Source of the DNA: Cellulomonas sp. | GTDB taxonomy: Bacteria > Actinomycetota > Actinomycetes > Actinomycetales > Cellulomonadaceae | Assembly: GCA_036404115.1 (NCBI GenBank) | Contig: DASWPG010000053.1 | Span: 11,566 to 75,565 of the forward strand | Reading direction: 5' to 3' | DNA: 64,000 nucleotides | Shown: positions 49,087 to 59,229 of the stretch, one piece after another | Numbering within the stretch: position 1 is the first letter of the stretch | How the letters are laid out: the number at the start of each line of letters is the position of its first letter | Notes under the pieces: model-generated | Seen by the model: only the letters and a program-made list of their open reading frames with translations | Told to the model about the DNA's origin: nothing | Databases searched by the model: none | Made by a program: the position numbers and the translations under genes

Positions 49087-50268
49087 CTACCGGCCGGCCG
49101 GCCCCCGGTCGACCTCGGCGGCCGCCTCGCGGTACACCTCGGCGGTCGCCGCCGCGCACCGGTCCCAGGTGTAGCCGGCGGCGTGCTCGCGCGCCGCGGC
49201 GGCGAGCTCGTCGTGCCGGTCGCCGGTCGCCTGGACCAGGGCGTCCGCCAGGGCGTCCACGTCGGTCGCCGGCGCGAGCAGGGCCGCGTCGCCGGCCACC
49301 TCGGCCATCGAGGTGCCAGTGGAGGTGACGACGGGCACGCCGTGGCTCATCGCCTCCAGCACCGGCATCCCGAACCCCTCCCAGAGCGACGGGTAGCAGA
49401 ACGCCCGGGCCTGCGCGTAGGCGGCGTGCAGGTCGGCCCAGCTCAGGGCGCCGAGCCGGTGCACCCGGTCGGCGGGCAGCGCGGCGAGCGCGCGGGTGAC
49501 CTCCTCGGGGGCGCCCGACCAGCCGTCGGGACCGACCAGCACCAGGTCGAGGTCGGGCATCCGGCGGGCGGCCTCCGCGTACGCCCGCAGCAGCCCGGGC
49601 ACGTTCTTGCGCGGCTCGACGGTGCCGCACCACAGCAGGTACGGGCGGGTGAGGCCGAACCGACGGCGGAGCTCCAGGCCGTCCGGCCCGGTGACCGCCG
49701 GTACGCGCACCCCGTGCGGCACGACCCGGATCCGCGTCGGATCGATCCCTGCGGCGACGCAGTCGTCCCGGGTGGTGCCGGACACCGCCAGCACGCGGGT
49801 GGCCTGCGCCCGCACCACGTCGAGCGCGCGGGTGAAGAAGGCGGCACCGCGCCGGGTGAAGTGCTCCGGGCTCCGCAGGAAGGCCAGGTCGTGCACGGTC
49901 ACCACCAGCGGTGCCGAGCGGGGCGGCACGGCCCAGGTGGTCGCGTGCACGACGTCGGCGGCCCCGGCGGACCGCGGCAGCCGCCACCGGTTCCAGGTCT
50001 CGTAGAGCGCCTGGCGCGGCAGCCGGGAGGCGATCTGGCCCATGCCGTCCGGCACCGACCACGAGGGGTCGGGCGGTCCGGCGTGCCGAGCGTGCAGGCC
50101 GGTGAGCGCGATGTCGTCCCGGCGCAGCAGCGCGGCGGCGAGCTCGCGCACGTACGTGCCGGACCCGCCGGGGGTCGGCTGCCAGAGCTGCTCGGTGGTC
50201 ATCACGACGTCCAGCGGGCGGTCCGCGCCGGCGGGTCGGGGCGGGACGGCTGCGCGGGCGTGGCTCAC
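49087..50268 (-). CDS. GT4-family glycosyltransferase
   Basis: PGGSGTY, VTVHDLAF, GTVEPRKNV, SLWEGFGMPVLEAM. Confidence 0.9.
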   Translation of the reverse strand: MSHARAAVPPRPAGADRPLDVVMTTEQLWQPTPGGSGTYVRELAAALLRRDDIALTGLHARHAGPPDPSWSVPDGMGQIASRLPRQALYETWNRWRLPRSAGAADVVHATTWAVPPRSAPLVVTVHDLAFLRSPEHFTRRGAAFFTRALDVVRAQATRVLAVSGTTRDDCVAAGIDPTRIRVVPHGVRVPAVTGPDGLELRRRFGLTRPYLLWCGTVEPRKNVPGLLRAYAEAARRMPDLDLVLVGPDGWSGAPEEVTRALAALPADRVHRLGALSWADLHAAYAQARAFCYPSLWEGFGMPVLEAMSHGVPVVTSTGTSMAEVAGDAALLAPATDVDALADALVQATGDRHDELAAAAREHAAGYTWDRCAAATAEVYREAAAEVDRGPAGR

Positions 50269-50434
50269 GGAGGGAAACCTACGCGACGATAAGGTACCGT
50301 CGTCGGGCCGTAGGGGACGGGGTGTGCGATCTCCGCGCCGCCGACCCGGGGTGCTCCCTCGTCGCCGTGCGCGCGGGCGGGGTCTGCCGCCGTGCAGCAC
50401 GAGGACCACGAGCGTCGAGGAGCGCAGCAAGTCC

Positions 50435-52618
50435 ATGACGACCGTCGCCCCGCCCGTCGAGCCGGTGCCCGAGCAGGCGTCGCGGCACGGCCGACGGGTC
50501 GCGGCCCCGGGGGCCTGGCGCCACCGGCTCGCGGTGGTGGCCGCGACCGGGGCGGTCCTGCTGGCCGTGGGCCTGCACCTGACCGCGGCGCTGTCCGCGC
50601 AGACCCCGATCTGGTCGGACGACGAGATCGGGCCGCTCGCCACCTCCCGGCTGATCGCCGGGGTGGGCCAGCCGCTGTCGCTGGACGGGATGAGCTACTA
50701 CCCGGGCTGGGCCGTGGTGCTCGCGCCGCTCTGGTGGTTCATCAGCGACCCGACGACCGCCTACCGGGCGGCCGTGCTGATGTCGGCCGGTGCGGCCTGC
50801 CTGACGATCTGGCCGCTGTCGGCGATCGCCCGCCGGCTGTCCGTCAGCCGGCCCGTCGCGGTGCTGCTCGCCGCGCTGGTGATGGCGGGCCCGGCCCGGG
50901 TCGTGCTGTCGGACTACGCGGTGAGCGAGGCGTTCTTCGCGCTGATGGTGGTCACGAGCGTCTGGCTGGGGCTGCGCTACGTGGAGCGCGGCACCTCGGC
51001 GGCGGCGAGCCTGCTCGCGCTCAGCGCCGCGTACACGTTCTTCAGCCACGGTCGAGGGGTGATCCTGCCGATCGCGGTGGTCGGGCTGCTCGCCGGACGG
51101 GCGCGGCGGCGCACCTGGCGACCCGCCGCGATCGGCCTGGTGCTGCTGGTCGGGGCGTGCGTCACGCTGTTCTCGGTGCACCGGATGCTGGCCGCCACGC
51201 TGTACGGGACGGGCCGGACCCGGGAGGACGCGGCGTTCAGCACCTTCGTCAGCGGCCTGACCGGTCCGCTGGCCGCGGGGCTCGCCGGGCAGGCGTGGTA
51301 CACGATCGTCGCCTGGGTCTTCCTCCCGGTGTTCGGGGTGGCGGCGATGGTGCCCCGGCTGCGCCGCGAGTGGTCCGACCGGATGCCGGCCGGAGCGGCC
51401 TGGATCGCCGTGGTGGTGCTCGGAGCGCTGGCGACCGGCACGCTGGCGACCGCCGACACGATCGGCGAGACGTCCGGCCGGCTGGACGTCAGCATGTACG
51501 GCCGGTACATCGACCCCTTCCTGCTGCCGCTGGTCGTGGTGGGCCTCGCGGCGGTCGCCCGGGGCATCGAGCGCCGGCGGGGCGCGATCGCCTGGGGCGG
51601 CGGGGTCGTGCTGCTCGGGGCGTTCCTCCTGCTCGGGGCGCCACTGGCCGACACCGACGGGTTGTGGTTCCCGATGAACATCGCGGGCCTGCTGCTCTGG
51701 CACTGGCCCGTGGACGCGGGTGACACCGCGGTGCCCTTCCTGCTCGCCAGCCTCGCGGTCGCGGGGTTCGGGGCACTGGTCGTGCTGGCCGGCCGGCAGC
51801 TGCGGTGGGTGTCGGTCGCTCTGGTCGCGGTGCTGCTCGCGATCAGCTCCTGGACGGCGCAGACCGAGGTCGCCCTGCCGTGGAACGAGGCGTCGACCAG
51901 CGGCACAGCGACGGCGGAGGTGCTCGACCAGGTCGAGGAGGCGCTGGGCGAGCAGGTCGACGTGGCCTACTACGCGCCGGGATCGACGTACTCCGGGCAG
52001 AACTTCACCCAGTTCATGCTGATCCCGCGCACCGTCCGGGTGATCGACAGCGTCGAGGCGGCCGACCGGAGCGAGGTCGTGATCGCCCGGCTCGCCTGGG
52101 ACGAGGGCGAGGAGGTCGGTGCCCGGCGCCTGACCGGGCTGGTCCCGGGCGAGGACGCGCTCTGGGTGCTGCCCGGCGCGCTCGCGAACCGGCTGGCCGC
52201 GATCGGCTACCTGGAGCCGGAGCGCGGCGAGGTGCTGGACAGCCCGCTGTACGCGGCGCGCGTGCAGGGCGCGGTCGCCGACCTCGTGCGGATCGGTGCC
52301 GAGGACCAGTCGGTGACGGTCGAGCTGACGAACCTGGGCGACCAGACCTGGGCGGTGCCGAGCACCTCCGACGTGATGGAGGGCACCGTGCGGCTGGTCG
52401 CGACCTGGACGCAGGACGGCGTGGACCGGGACGTGGTCACGGACCTGCCGCAGAGCGTGTTCCCCGGTCGGTCCACGCAGGTCGAGCTGTCGCTGACGGT
52501 GCCCGAGGGCGTGCTGCCCGGCCACGTCACCGTCCGGCTCTGGCTCGTCCAGGAGGGGATAGAGCCGCTCGGCGACCCGGTGAACGGGCCGGTCGTGCTC
52601 GACCTCCTCGTGAGGTGA
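50435..52618 (+). CDS. PMT-like GT-C membrane glycosyltransferase with C-terminal Ig-like domain
   Basis: WSDDEIG (DE motif after TM1), YYPGW, VSEAFF, MYGRYID; terminal beta-sandwich pattern. Confidence 0.68.
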   Translation: MTTVAPPVEPVPEQASRHGRRVAAPGAWRHRLAVVAATGAVLLAVGLHLTAALSAQTPIWSDDEIGPLATSRLIAGVGQPLSLDGMSYYPGWAVVLAPLWWFISDPTTAYRAAVLMSAGAACLTIWPLSAIARRLSVSRPVAVLLAALVMAGPARVVLSDYAVSEAFFALMVVTSVWLGLRYVERGTSAAASLLALSAAYTFFSHGRGVILPIAVVGLLAGRARRRTWRPAAIGLVLLVGACVTLFSVHRMLAATLYGTGRTREDAAFSTFVSGLTGPLAAGLAGQAWYTIVAWVFLPVFGVAAMVPRLRREWSDRMPAGAAWIAVVVLGALATGTLATADTIGETSGRLDVSMYGRYIDPFLLPLVVVGLAAVARGIERRRGAIAWGGGVVLLGAFLLLGAPLADTDGLWFPMNIAGLLLWHWPVDAGDTAVPFLLASLAVAGFGALVVLAGRQLRWVSVALVAVLLAISSWTAQTEVALPWNEASTSGTATAEVLDQVEEALGEQVDVAYYAPGSTYSGQNFTQFMLIPRTVRVIDSVEAADRSEVVIARLAWDEGEEVGARRLTGLVPGEDALWVLPGALANRLAAIGYLEPERGEVLDSPLYAARVQGAVADLVRIGAEDQSVTVELTNLGDQTWAVPSTSDVMEGTVRLVATWTQDGVDRDVVTDLPQSVFPGRSTQVELSLTVPEGVLPGHVTVRLWLVQEGIEPLGDPVNGPVVLDLLVR

Positions 52619-52670
52619 GCGCCGCGGGCGTCCTGCCACGAGAGAGAGGCACGTCCCGCGGCCGGTGCGG

Positions 52671-53291
52671 TCAGCCCTGCCCGAGCGACCCCACGTACGC
52701 CAGCACGTCGGCGTGCTGCGGCAGCAGACCCGCCTCGGCCGCCTCGGCCAGGGTCGGGGCCGCCTGGTCCTTGTCGGACAGCGTGATGGTCAGCGGTCGG
52801 CCGTCCCGCCCGGTGCGGGGCAGCTCCAGGCCGATCTCGGGGTCCAGCGGGTGCACGCCGTGCTCGCGACCGGGCGCGTAGCCGGCGGAGCACAGGTAGG
52901 TGACGGTCGAGCCGTCCGCGAGGGAGAGGAAGGCGTGCCCCAGCCCCTCGGACAGGTACACCGCGCGGCGGTCCACGTCGTCCAGCAGCACGCTGTCCCA
53001 GCGGCCGAAGGTGGGCGAGCCGACCCGGATGTCCACGATCAGGTCCAGCACCGCGCCCGCGACGCAGGAGACGTACTTGGCCTGGCTCGGCGGGACGTCC
53101 GCGAAGTGCACCCCGCGCAGCACGCCCGCCGCCGAGACGGAGCAGTTCACCTGCCGCAGGTCGAGCGGGTGCCCGACCGCCTCGGTCAGCACGTCGGCCT
53201 TGTACGCCTCCAGGAACAGCCCGCGCGGGTCGCCCAGCAGACGGGGAGTGAACTCCCAGGCCCCGGGCACGGACAGCTCGCGGTACTCCAT
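52671..53291 (-). CDS. rmlC: dTDP-4-dehydrorhamnose 3,5-epimerase
   Basis: GDPRGLFLE, QVNCSVS, LRGVHF, QAKYV, VDIRVGSPTFG, GLGHAF, LSDKD; GAGGGAG RBS. Confidence 0.95.
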   Translation of the reverse strand: MEYRELSVPGAWEFTPRLLGDPRGLFLEAYKADVLTEAVGHPLDLRQVNCSVSAAGVLRGVHFADVPPSQAKYVSCVAGAVLDLIVDIRVGSPTFGRWDSVLLDDVDRRAVYLSEGLGHAFLSLADGSTVTYLCSAGYAPGREHGVHPLDPEIGLELPRTGRDGRPLTITLSDKDQAAPTLAEAAEAGLLPQHADVLAYVGSLGQG

Positions 53292-53861
53292 GGTGCTCCC
53301 TCGGTGGTGATGGTCCGGCCAGCGTAGTCGGCGGTTGCTGGCTGCTCGTCCGGGGCTCGCCACGGTGTGGGTCGCAGGTGGGACCGCGGCCATGACCGGA
53401 GCCCACGTGGGGGACTCGGCGCCCGAGGTGTCGCCGCAGCCTGGCACTGCGCCCGGTGCGAGCACGGCGCACCTGGCACCGCCGCCGATCTGCCTGGTGA
53501 CGCAGGACCCGACCCTCATCTCCCTGTCGGCGTTCGCGGAACGGGCGGCGGTTCCCGCTCGTGGGGGATCCGCCGGCACACGTTGCATCTGCCGCAGCGG
53601 CTGTTGCTGGTGGCCGGTGCTGCTGCTGTCGTTGCTCGTACCGGCGGACGCCGCCGTGGTCTCGGTGCTGACCAGGCCGTGGAGCACCGCGGCGGACGTG
53701 CTGCTCTTCGCCACCGCGGTGAGTGCCTGTGCGGTGCTTGTCCGGCGTCCGACCTCGGTCCGTGTGACCGGCCGCCGACGGCCACCCGGACTGTCCGACC
53801 GCCCGCCTCGCGGCCGCGACTACGCTGACCCGGGCACGACGACGAGAGGCGGGACGCGCAC

Positions 53862-54731
53862 GTGAGGTGGTTGGTGACGGGGGCCGGCGGCATGCTCGGC
53901 CGCGATCTGGTGGCGACGCTGGTGGCCGCGGGCGAGCAGGTGACCGCGGTGGACAAGGACGAGCTGGACATCACCGACCCGGCGGCGGTCGCTGCGGCGG
54001 TCGCGCTGCACGACCTGGTGGTGAACTGCGCGGCGTGGACCGCCGTCGACCTCGCCGAGGAGCGTGAGCCGGACGCCTTCACCGTGAACGCGGTCGGACC
54101 GGCGGTGCTGGCCCGGGCGTGCGGTGCGGCCGGGGTGCGGCTGGTGCACGTCTCGACCGACTACGTGTTCGCCGGCGATGCGGACCGGCCGTACGCCGAG
54201 GACGCGCAGCCGGACCCGCGGTCGGCCTACGGGCGCACCAAGCTGGCGGGGGAGTGGGCGGTGGCCGCCTACGCGCCCGACCACCTGGTGGTGCGCACCG
54301 CGTGGCTGTACGGCGCGGGCGGCCCCTGCTTCCCCCGCACGATCGCGCGGGTGGCCGCCGAGCGCGGGCACCTCGAGGTCGTCGACGACCAGCTCGGCCA
54401 GCCGACCTGGACCCGCGACCTGGCGGCGTTCATCCTGCGCCTGGTGCAGGCCGAGGCACCGTCGGGCACCTACCACGGCACCGCCTCCGGGGTGACCTCC
54501 TGGTTCGAGCTCGCCCGGGCCGCCGTGACCGCGGCCGGCATGGCCGCCGAGGTGGTGCAGCCGACCAGCAGCGTCGCCTACGCCGCGCGCGCGGCGGCGA
54601 GCGCGTCCCGCTCCGCGCCGCGGCCGTCCTACTCCGTGCTGGGCCACGACGGCGCCGAGGCGGCCGGCGTGGCCTCGATCGGCGACTGGCGGGAGCGCTG
54701 GGCCGAGGCGTCGCACGAGGTGCTCGGGTGA
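53862..54731 (+). CDS. rmlD: dTDP-4-dehydrorhamnose reductase
   Basis: GAGGMLG, NCAAWTAVD, HVSTDYVF, YGRTKLAGE, RTAWLYG, VVDDQLGQPT, PRPSYSVL. Confidence 0.95.
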   Translation: MRWLVTGAGGMLGRDLVATLVAAGEQVTAVDKDELDITDPAAVAAAVALHDLVVNCAAWTAVDLAEEREPDAFTVNAVGPAVLARACGAAGVRLVHVSTDYVFAGDADRPYAEDAQPDPRSAYGRTKLAGEWAVAAYAPDHLVVRTAWLYGAGGPCFPRTIARVAAERGHLEVVDDQLGQPTWTRDLAAFILRLVQAEAPSGTYHGTASGVTSWFELARAAVTAAGMAAEVVQPTSSVAYAARAAASASRSAPRPSYSVLGHDGAEAAGVASIGDWRERWAEASHEVLG

Positions 54732-55861
54732 GGGTGGTGCTGGACGTCACGGCGGTGCCCGCCGACCTCGGCGGCGTCGGCCGGTACGTCGTGGAGGTCG
54801 CCCGCGAGATCGTCGCGGCGGGGGGCGACCTGGCGGTCGTGGCGCGGCCGTCGCAGGCCGACGGGCTCGCGGACGCGCTGCCGGGTGCCGAGGTGCTGCT
54901 CGCACCGGCCGGCACCGAACGCCGGCCCGCCCGGATGGTCTGGGAGCAGACGGGGCTGCCTGCGCTGGTCCGCCGGGTCCGCGGCGAGGTGCTGCACAGC
55001 CCGCACTACACGATGCCGGCCCGGGTGGACGCGGCGCGGGTCGTCACACTGCACGACGCCACCTTCTTCAGCGATCCCGGGGTGCACAGCCCGGTCAAGG
55101 GCCGGTTCTTCCGCGCCGCCACCCGCCGGGCGGTCCGGTCGGCGGACGCGCTGCTGGTGCCGTCGGCGGCCACGCGGGACGAGGTCGTCCGGTACACCCA
55201 CGGCCACGTGGACCGGTTCCACGTGGCCTACCACGGCGTCGACCCCGCGGTGTTCCACCCGGTCAGCGAGGCGGAGCGGCACCGGGTCGCGCAGACGCTG
55301 GGGCTGACCGGCCGGCCGTACCTCGCGTTCCTCGGCACCCTGGAACCGCGCAAGAACGTCCCCGCCCTGGTCCGCGGCTGGGTCCGCGCGGTCGGCGCCG
55401 ACCCGCGGCCGCCGGCGCTGGTGCTGGCCGGCGGGGCCGGCTGGGACACCCAGGTCGGGCCCGCGGTCGACGCGGTGCCGGCGGGCCTGACGGTGCTGCG
55501 GCCCGGCTACCTGCCGCTGGCCGACCTCGCCGGCTACCTGGCCGGTGCCGAGGTCGTGGTCTACCCGAGCCTCGGCGAGGGCTTCGGCCTCCCGGTGCTG
55601 GAGGCGATGGCGTGCGCCGCGCCGGTGCTGACCACCCGGATGCTGTCGCTGCCGGAGGTGGGCGGCGAGGCCGTGGCCTACACGGGCACGGGCGAGGCCG
55701 AGATCGCCGCCGCGCTGCGGGCGCTGCTGGACGACCCCGGCCGGTGTCGCGAGCTCGGTGCCGCGGCGCAGGTCCGGGCGCAGTCGTTCAGCTGGGCCGC
55801 CTCCGCCGCCGCGCACCTGACCGCCTACGAGGCGGCGCTGCGCTCGCGCTCCGCCCGCTGA
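54728..55861 (+). CDS. GT4-family glycosyltransferase
   Basis: GGVGRY, VTLHDATFF, GTLEPRKNV, SLGEGFGLPVLEAM; GTGA overlap with rmlD. Confidence 0.9.
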   Translation: MRVVLDVTAVPADLGGVGRYVVEVAREIVAAGGDLAVVARPSQADGLADALPGAEVLLAPAGTERRPARMVWEQTGLPALVRRVRGEVLHSPHYTMPARVDAARVVTLHDATFFSDPGVHSPVKGRFFRAATRRAVRSADALLVPSAATRDEVVRYTHGHVDRFHVAYHGVDPAVFHPVSEAERHRVAQTLGLTGRPYLAFLGTLEPRKNVPALVRGWVRAVGADPRPPALVLAGGAGWDTQVGPAVDAVPAGLTVLRPGYLPLADLAGYLAGAEVVVYPSLGEGFGLPVLEAMACAAPVLTTRMLSLPEVGGEAVAYTGTGEAEIAAALRALLDDPGRCRELGAAAQVRAQSFSWAASAAAHLTAYEAALRSRSAR

Positions 55862-56052
55862 CCGGGCAGCACGACGGACAGGATGCTCTGCGCCGCGGCC
55901 TCGAAGGAGCTGGCCTCCGCGAGTGCGCGTGCCCGCAGTCCCTGCTGCACCAGCAGCTCGGGATCGTCGAGCAGGCACGTGACGGCTGCCACCCGGGTGC
56001 GGGCCGGCCAGCCGGCGTACTCCGCGTCGTCCACCCGCCCGGTCACGGTCAC
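55825..56052 (-). pseudogene. Probable internally deleted GT4 remnant
   Basis: VTVTGRVDDAEYAGWPARTRVA joins directly to AVTCLLDDPELL...ARALAEASSFEAAAQSIL; both resemble GT4 C-domain pieces and the E-X7-E core is missing. Confidence 0.5.
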
Positions 56053-56180
56053 CCGGCTGCCCCGGGGTGAGGTGCTGGTCGGTGCGAGCCTCGCCCGCCA
56101 CGATGGAGTCGTGCACCACGCCGAACTGAGCGTTGACGTAGGGGCGGACGGGTTCGGGACGGTGCTGCGGGGGTCGCGGC

Positions 56181-57050
56181 TCAGCGCGGTTCGTCGAGCA
56201 GGCGGAGCAGATAGCTGCCGTAGCCCGACTTCACCAGGTGCTCGGCCCGGGCGCGCAGCTCGTCGTCGGTCAGGAAGCCCCGGCGCCACGCGACCTCCTC
56301 CGGGGAGCCGATCTTGAGCCCCTGGCGGGACTCGATCGTGCGCACGTAGTCCGAGGCCTCCAGCAGCGAGTCGAAGGTGCCGGTGTCCAGCCAGGCGGTG
56401 CCCCGGGGCAGCACCTCGACGTGCAGCCGGCCCGCGTCGAGGTAGGTGCGGTTCACGTCGGTGATCTCGTACTCCCCGCGGGCCGAGGGCCGCAGGTCCC
56501 GCGCGATGGCGACCACGTCGTTGTCGTAGAAGTACAGCCCGGGAACCGCGAACGAGGACTTCGGCCGGGCGGGCTTCTCCTCCAGGGACAGCGCACGGCC
56601 GTCCGCGTCGAACTCCACCACGCCGTAGGCGGTCGGGTCGGCGACCCGGTAGGCGAACACCGCCGCGCCGTCGATGCCGTCGAACCGCTCCAGCCGGGAG
56701 CCGAGGCCGGGCCCGTAGAAGATGTTGTCGCCGAGGACCAGCGCCGCGCTGTCGTCGCCGATGAAGCCGGCACCGAGCACGAACGCCTGCGCGAGCCCGT
56801 TCGGCTCCGCCTGCACGGCGTACTCGATCGAGATGCCGAACTGCGACCCGTCGCCGAGCAGCCGGTGGAACTGCGCCGCGTCGTGCGGTGTCGTGATCAC
56901 CAGCACGTCCTGGATCCCGGCCAGCATCAGCGTGGACAGCGGGTAGTAGATCATCGGCTTGTCGTACACCGGGACGAGCTGCTTGCTGACGCCGAGGGTG
57001 ATCGGGTGCAGGCGGGTGCCGGAGCCTCCGGCCAGGATGATGCCGCGCAT
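56181..57050 (-). CDS. rmlA: Glucose-1-phosphate thymidylyltransferase
   Basis: [59 protein letters not shown]. Confidence 0.97.
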   Translation of the reverse strand: MRGIILAGGSGTRLHPITLGVSKQLVPVYDKPMIYYPLSTLMLAGIQDVLVITTPHDAAQFHRLLGDGSQFGISIEYAVQAEPNGLAQAFVLGAGFIGDDSAALVLGDNIFYGPGLGSRLERFDGIDGAAVFAYRVADPTAYGVVEFDADGRALSLEEKPARPKSSFAVPGLYFYDNDVVAIARDLRPSARGEYEITDVNRTYLDAGRLHVEVLPRGTAWLDTGTFDSLLEASDYVRTIESRQGLKIGSPEEVAWRRGFLTDDELRARAEHLVKSGYGSYLLRLLDEPR

Positions 57051-57249
57051 GGTGGCTCATTGTGGCCCATGGGGGCGCCGTGCGTGGGCAGTCCCGGTGG
57101 TTCGCACTTGTGCAGCCCGACCGCGGACGGCCGCTGCGGTACTGTCGGGTGTCCCCCGAGCACGCTCGCAGAGCGCCGCCGCACCGCACGCTCGCAGACC
57201 GCAGCCTCACAGCACGCTCTCAGAGCGGACCCGCACAGCCAGGAAGCAC

Positions 57250-58200
57250 ATGAAGGTCTTCATCCAGATCCCCTGCCTGAACGAGGAAGAGACGCTGCCC
57301 GCGGTGCTCGCCTCCATCCCGCGCTCGATCGAGGGTGTGGACGAGCTCGCCGTCCTCGTGATCGACGACGGCTCGACGGACCGCACGGTCGAGGTCGCGC
57401 GGGCGCTCGGCGTGACCCACGTCGTGCAGCACGCGCGCAACATGGGTCTGGCCCGCTCGTTCCGGGACGGCGTGGACTACGCGCTCGCGCACGGCGCCGA
57501 CATCGTGGTCAACACCGACGGGGACAACCAGTACCCGCAGGACCGGATCCCCGACCTGGTCGCGCCGATCATCGCGGGCACCGCGGACATCGTGATCGCC
57601 GATCGGCAGACCGCGACCATCGCGCACTTCTCGCCGTTCAAGAAGCTGATGCAGCGGGTCGGCAGCGCGGTGGTGAACAAGGTCGCCGACACCCGGCTGC
57701 CGGACGCCGCGAGCGGCTTCCGCGCCTACTCGCGCACCGCGCTGTACCGGCTGAACATCGTCACCGACTTCTCCTACTGCATGGAGACGATCATCCAGGC
57801 CGGGCACAAGCGCCTGAGCATCGCCTCGGTGCCGGTGACCACGAACGCCAAGACCCGCGAGTCCCGGCTGTTCAAGAACATCTTCCACCACATGGCCAAG
57901 TCGGGCTCGGCCATCGTGCGCAGCTCGCTGATGTTCAAGCCCTACCGGATCTTCGCGACGCTCGCGGCGCTGTTCGGCGTCCTGGCGCTGATCCCGATGG
58001 TGCGCTTCCTGGTGGTCTGGCTGGCCCGGGGCGACAACTCGGGCAACATCCAGTCGCTGATCTTCGCGGCGATCATGTCCGTCGCCGCCCTGCTCTCCGT
58101 CGCGCTCGGCGTGCTCTCGGACCTGCAGCGCACCAACCGGGTGCTGCTGGAGGACCAGCTGGAGCGGATCAAGGAGATCCAGTACTCCCGGCCGCTCTGA
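57250..58200 (+). CDS. Polyprenyl-phosphate glycosyltransferase (DPM/GT2 plus 2 C-terminal TM)
   Basis: IPCLNEE, IDDGSTDRT, NTDGDNQY, DAASGFRAYSR; AGGAAG RBS. Confidence 0.85.
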   Translation: MKVFIQIPCLNEEETLPAVLASIPRSIEGVDELAVLVIDDGSTDRTVEVARALGVTHVVQHARNMGLARSFRDGVDYALAHGADIVVNTDGDNQYPQDRIPDLVAPIIAGTADIVIADRQTATIAHFSPFKKLMQRVGSAVVNKVADTRLPDAASGFRAYSRTALYRLNIVTDFSYCMETIIQAGHKRLSIASVPVTTNAKTRESRLFKNIFHHMAKSGSAIVRSSLMFKPYRIFATLAALFGVLALIPMVRFLVVWLARGDNSGNIQSLIFAAIMSVAALLSVALGVLSDLQRTNRVLLEDQLERIKEIQYSRPL

Positions 58201-59173
58201 CGGCCGATCGGCGACGGCGCGCCTTCTCCGCGACGATCGCCGCGGCCGCGCACAGGCCGTCGCCGACGAGCATCAGGATGCGGCTGACGACTGCCAGGAC
58301 CAGCGCGGACTCGCGGTCCAGGACCGGTGCGAGCGCCAGCACCAGCGCCGCCTCCCGCGCTCCCGCCCCGGCGGGCAGCAGCACGATCACGAAGCCCACC
58401 ACCCAGGCCAGCGCGTACGCGCCGGTGGACAGCCAGAACAGGCCGGACCCGGTGGCGCCCAGCGCCCGGGCCAGCAGCCACAGGTGCAGCCCGAACGTGG
58501 CCCACATCCCCAGGCACCACAGCGCAGCGACGATCACCGCGCGCGGGGACACCGTGCCGGCGGGCTGCCGGCGGGTCAGCCGCAGCGCCAGCGCGACCAG
58601 CCGGTTGAACACCGGGGGCACGAGCACGACCACGCCCGCGACCGCGACCAGCAGCAGCCACCAGTAGCTCTCGAAGGCCTCCGGGGACGAGACCGCCAGC
58701 GTGCCCCCGGCGACGCAGACCCCCGTGACCAGCCCGATCAGCATCTGGGTCAGCGAGGCCAGACCGGTCCGGGCGCGCGGCACGTCGTACTCCGAGGAGA
58801 GCTCCGCCTGCGCGAGGATCGGCCACACGCTGCCCGGCACGTACTTGCCGAGCTGCCCGAGGAAGAACACCCGCGCCCCGGCGAGGAACGGCAGCGGCGA
58901 GCCGAGCCCGGCCAGCGTCGCGCGCCAGGACTGCATGGCGCAGACCAGCCCGGCGAGGATCGCCAGCACCGCTCCGGCGATCGAGAGCGCGTCCAGGCGG
59001 CGCAGACCCGCCACGAACCCCGTCCACTCCTGGACGACGTAGGCGACGATGAAGCCCACCACGACGACCACGGCGAGCCACTTGAGCACGCTGCGCCACC
59101 CCGGACGCCGCGAGCGGCCACCGGGCACGGGATCCGGCGTGGCAGGCTGGGCAGCAGGCTGATCGTCGGGCAC
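58169..59173 (-). CDS. LPG-synthase-TM / UPF0104-type flippase-like membrane protein
   Basis: FFLGQLGKYVPGSVW, PAGAGAREA, SRILMLVGD. Confidence 0.82.
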   Translation of the reverse strand: MPDDQPAAQPATPDPVPGGRSRRPGWRSVLKWLAVVVVVGFIVAYVVQEWTGFVAGLRRLDALSIAGAVLAILAGLVCAMQSWRATLAGLGSPLPFLAGARVFFLGQLGKYVPGSVWPILAQAELSSEYDVPRARTGLASLTQMLIGLVTGVCVAGGTLAVSSPEAFESYWWLLLVAVAGVVVLVPPVFNRLVALALRLTRRQPAGTVSPRAVIVAALWCLGMWATFGLHLWLLARALGATGSGLFWLSTGAYALAWVVGFVIVLLPAGAGAREAALVLALAPVLDRESALVLAVVSRILMLVGDGLCAAAAIVAEKARRRRSAVRAAGSTGSP

Positions 59174-59229
59174 CACGTGATGGTAGCCGGGGCTTGCCGG
59201 CTCAACCGTGCCGCGTACAGTGCACACCC

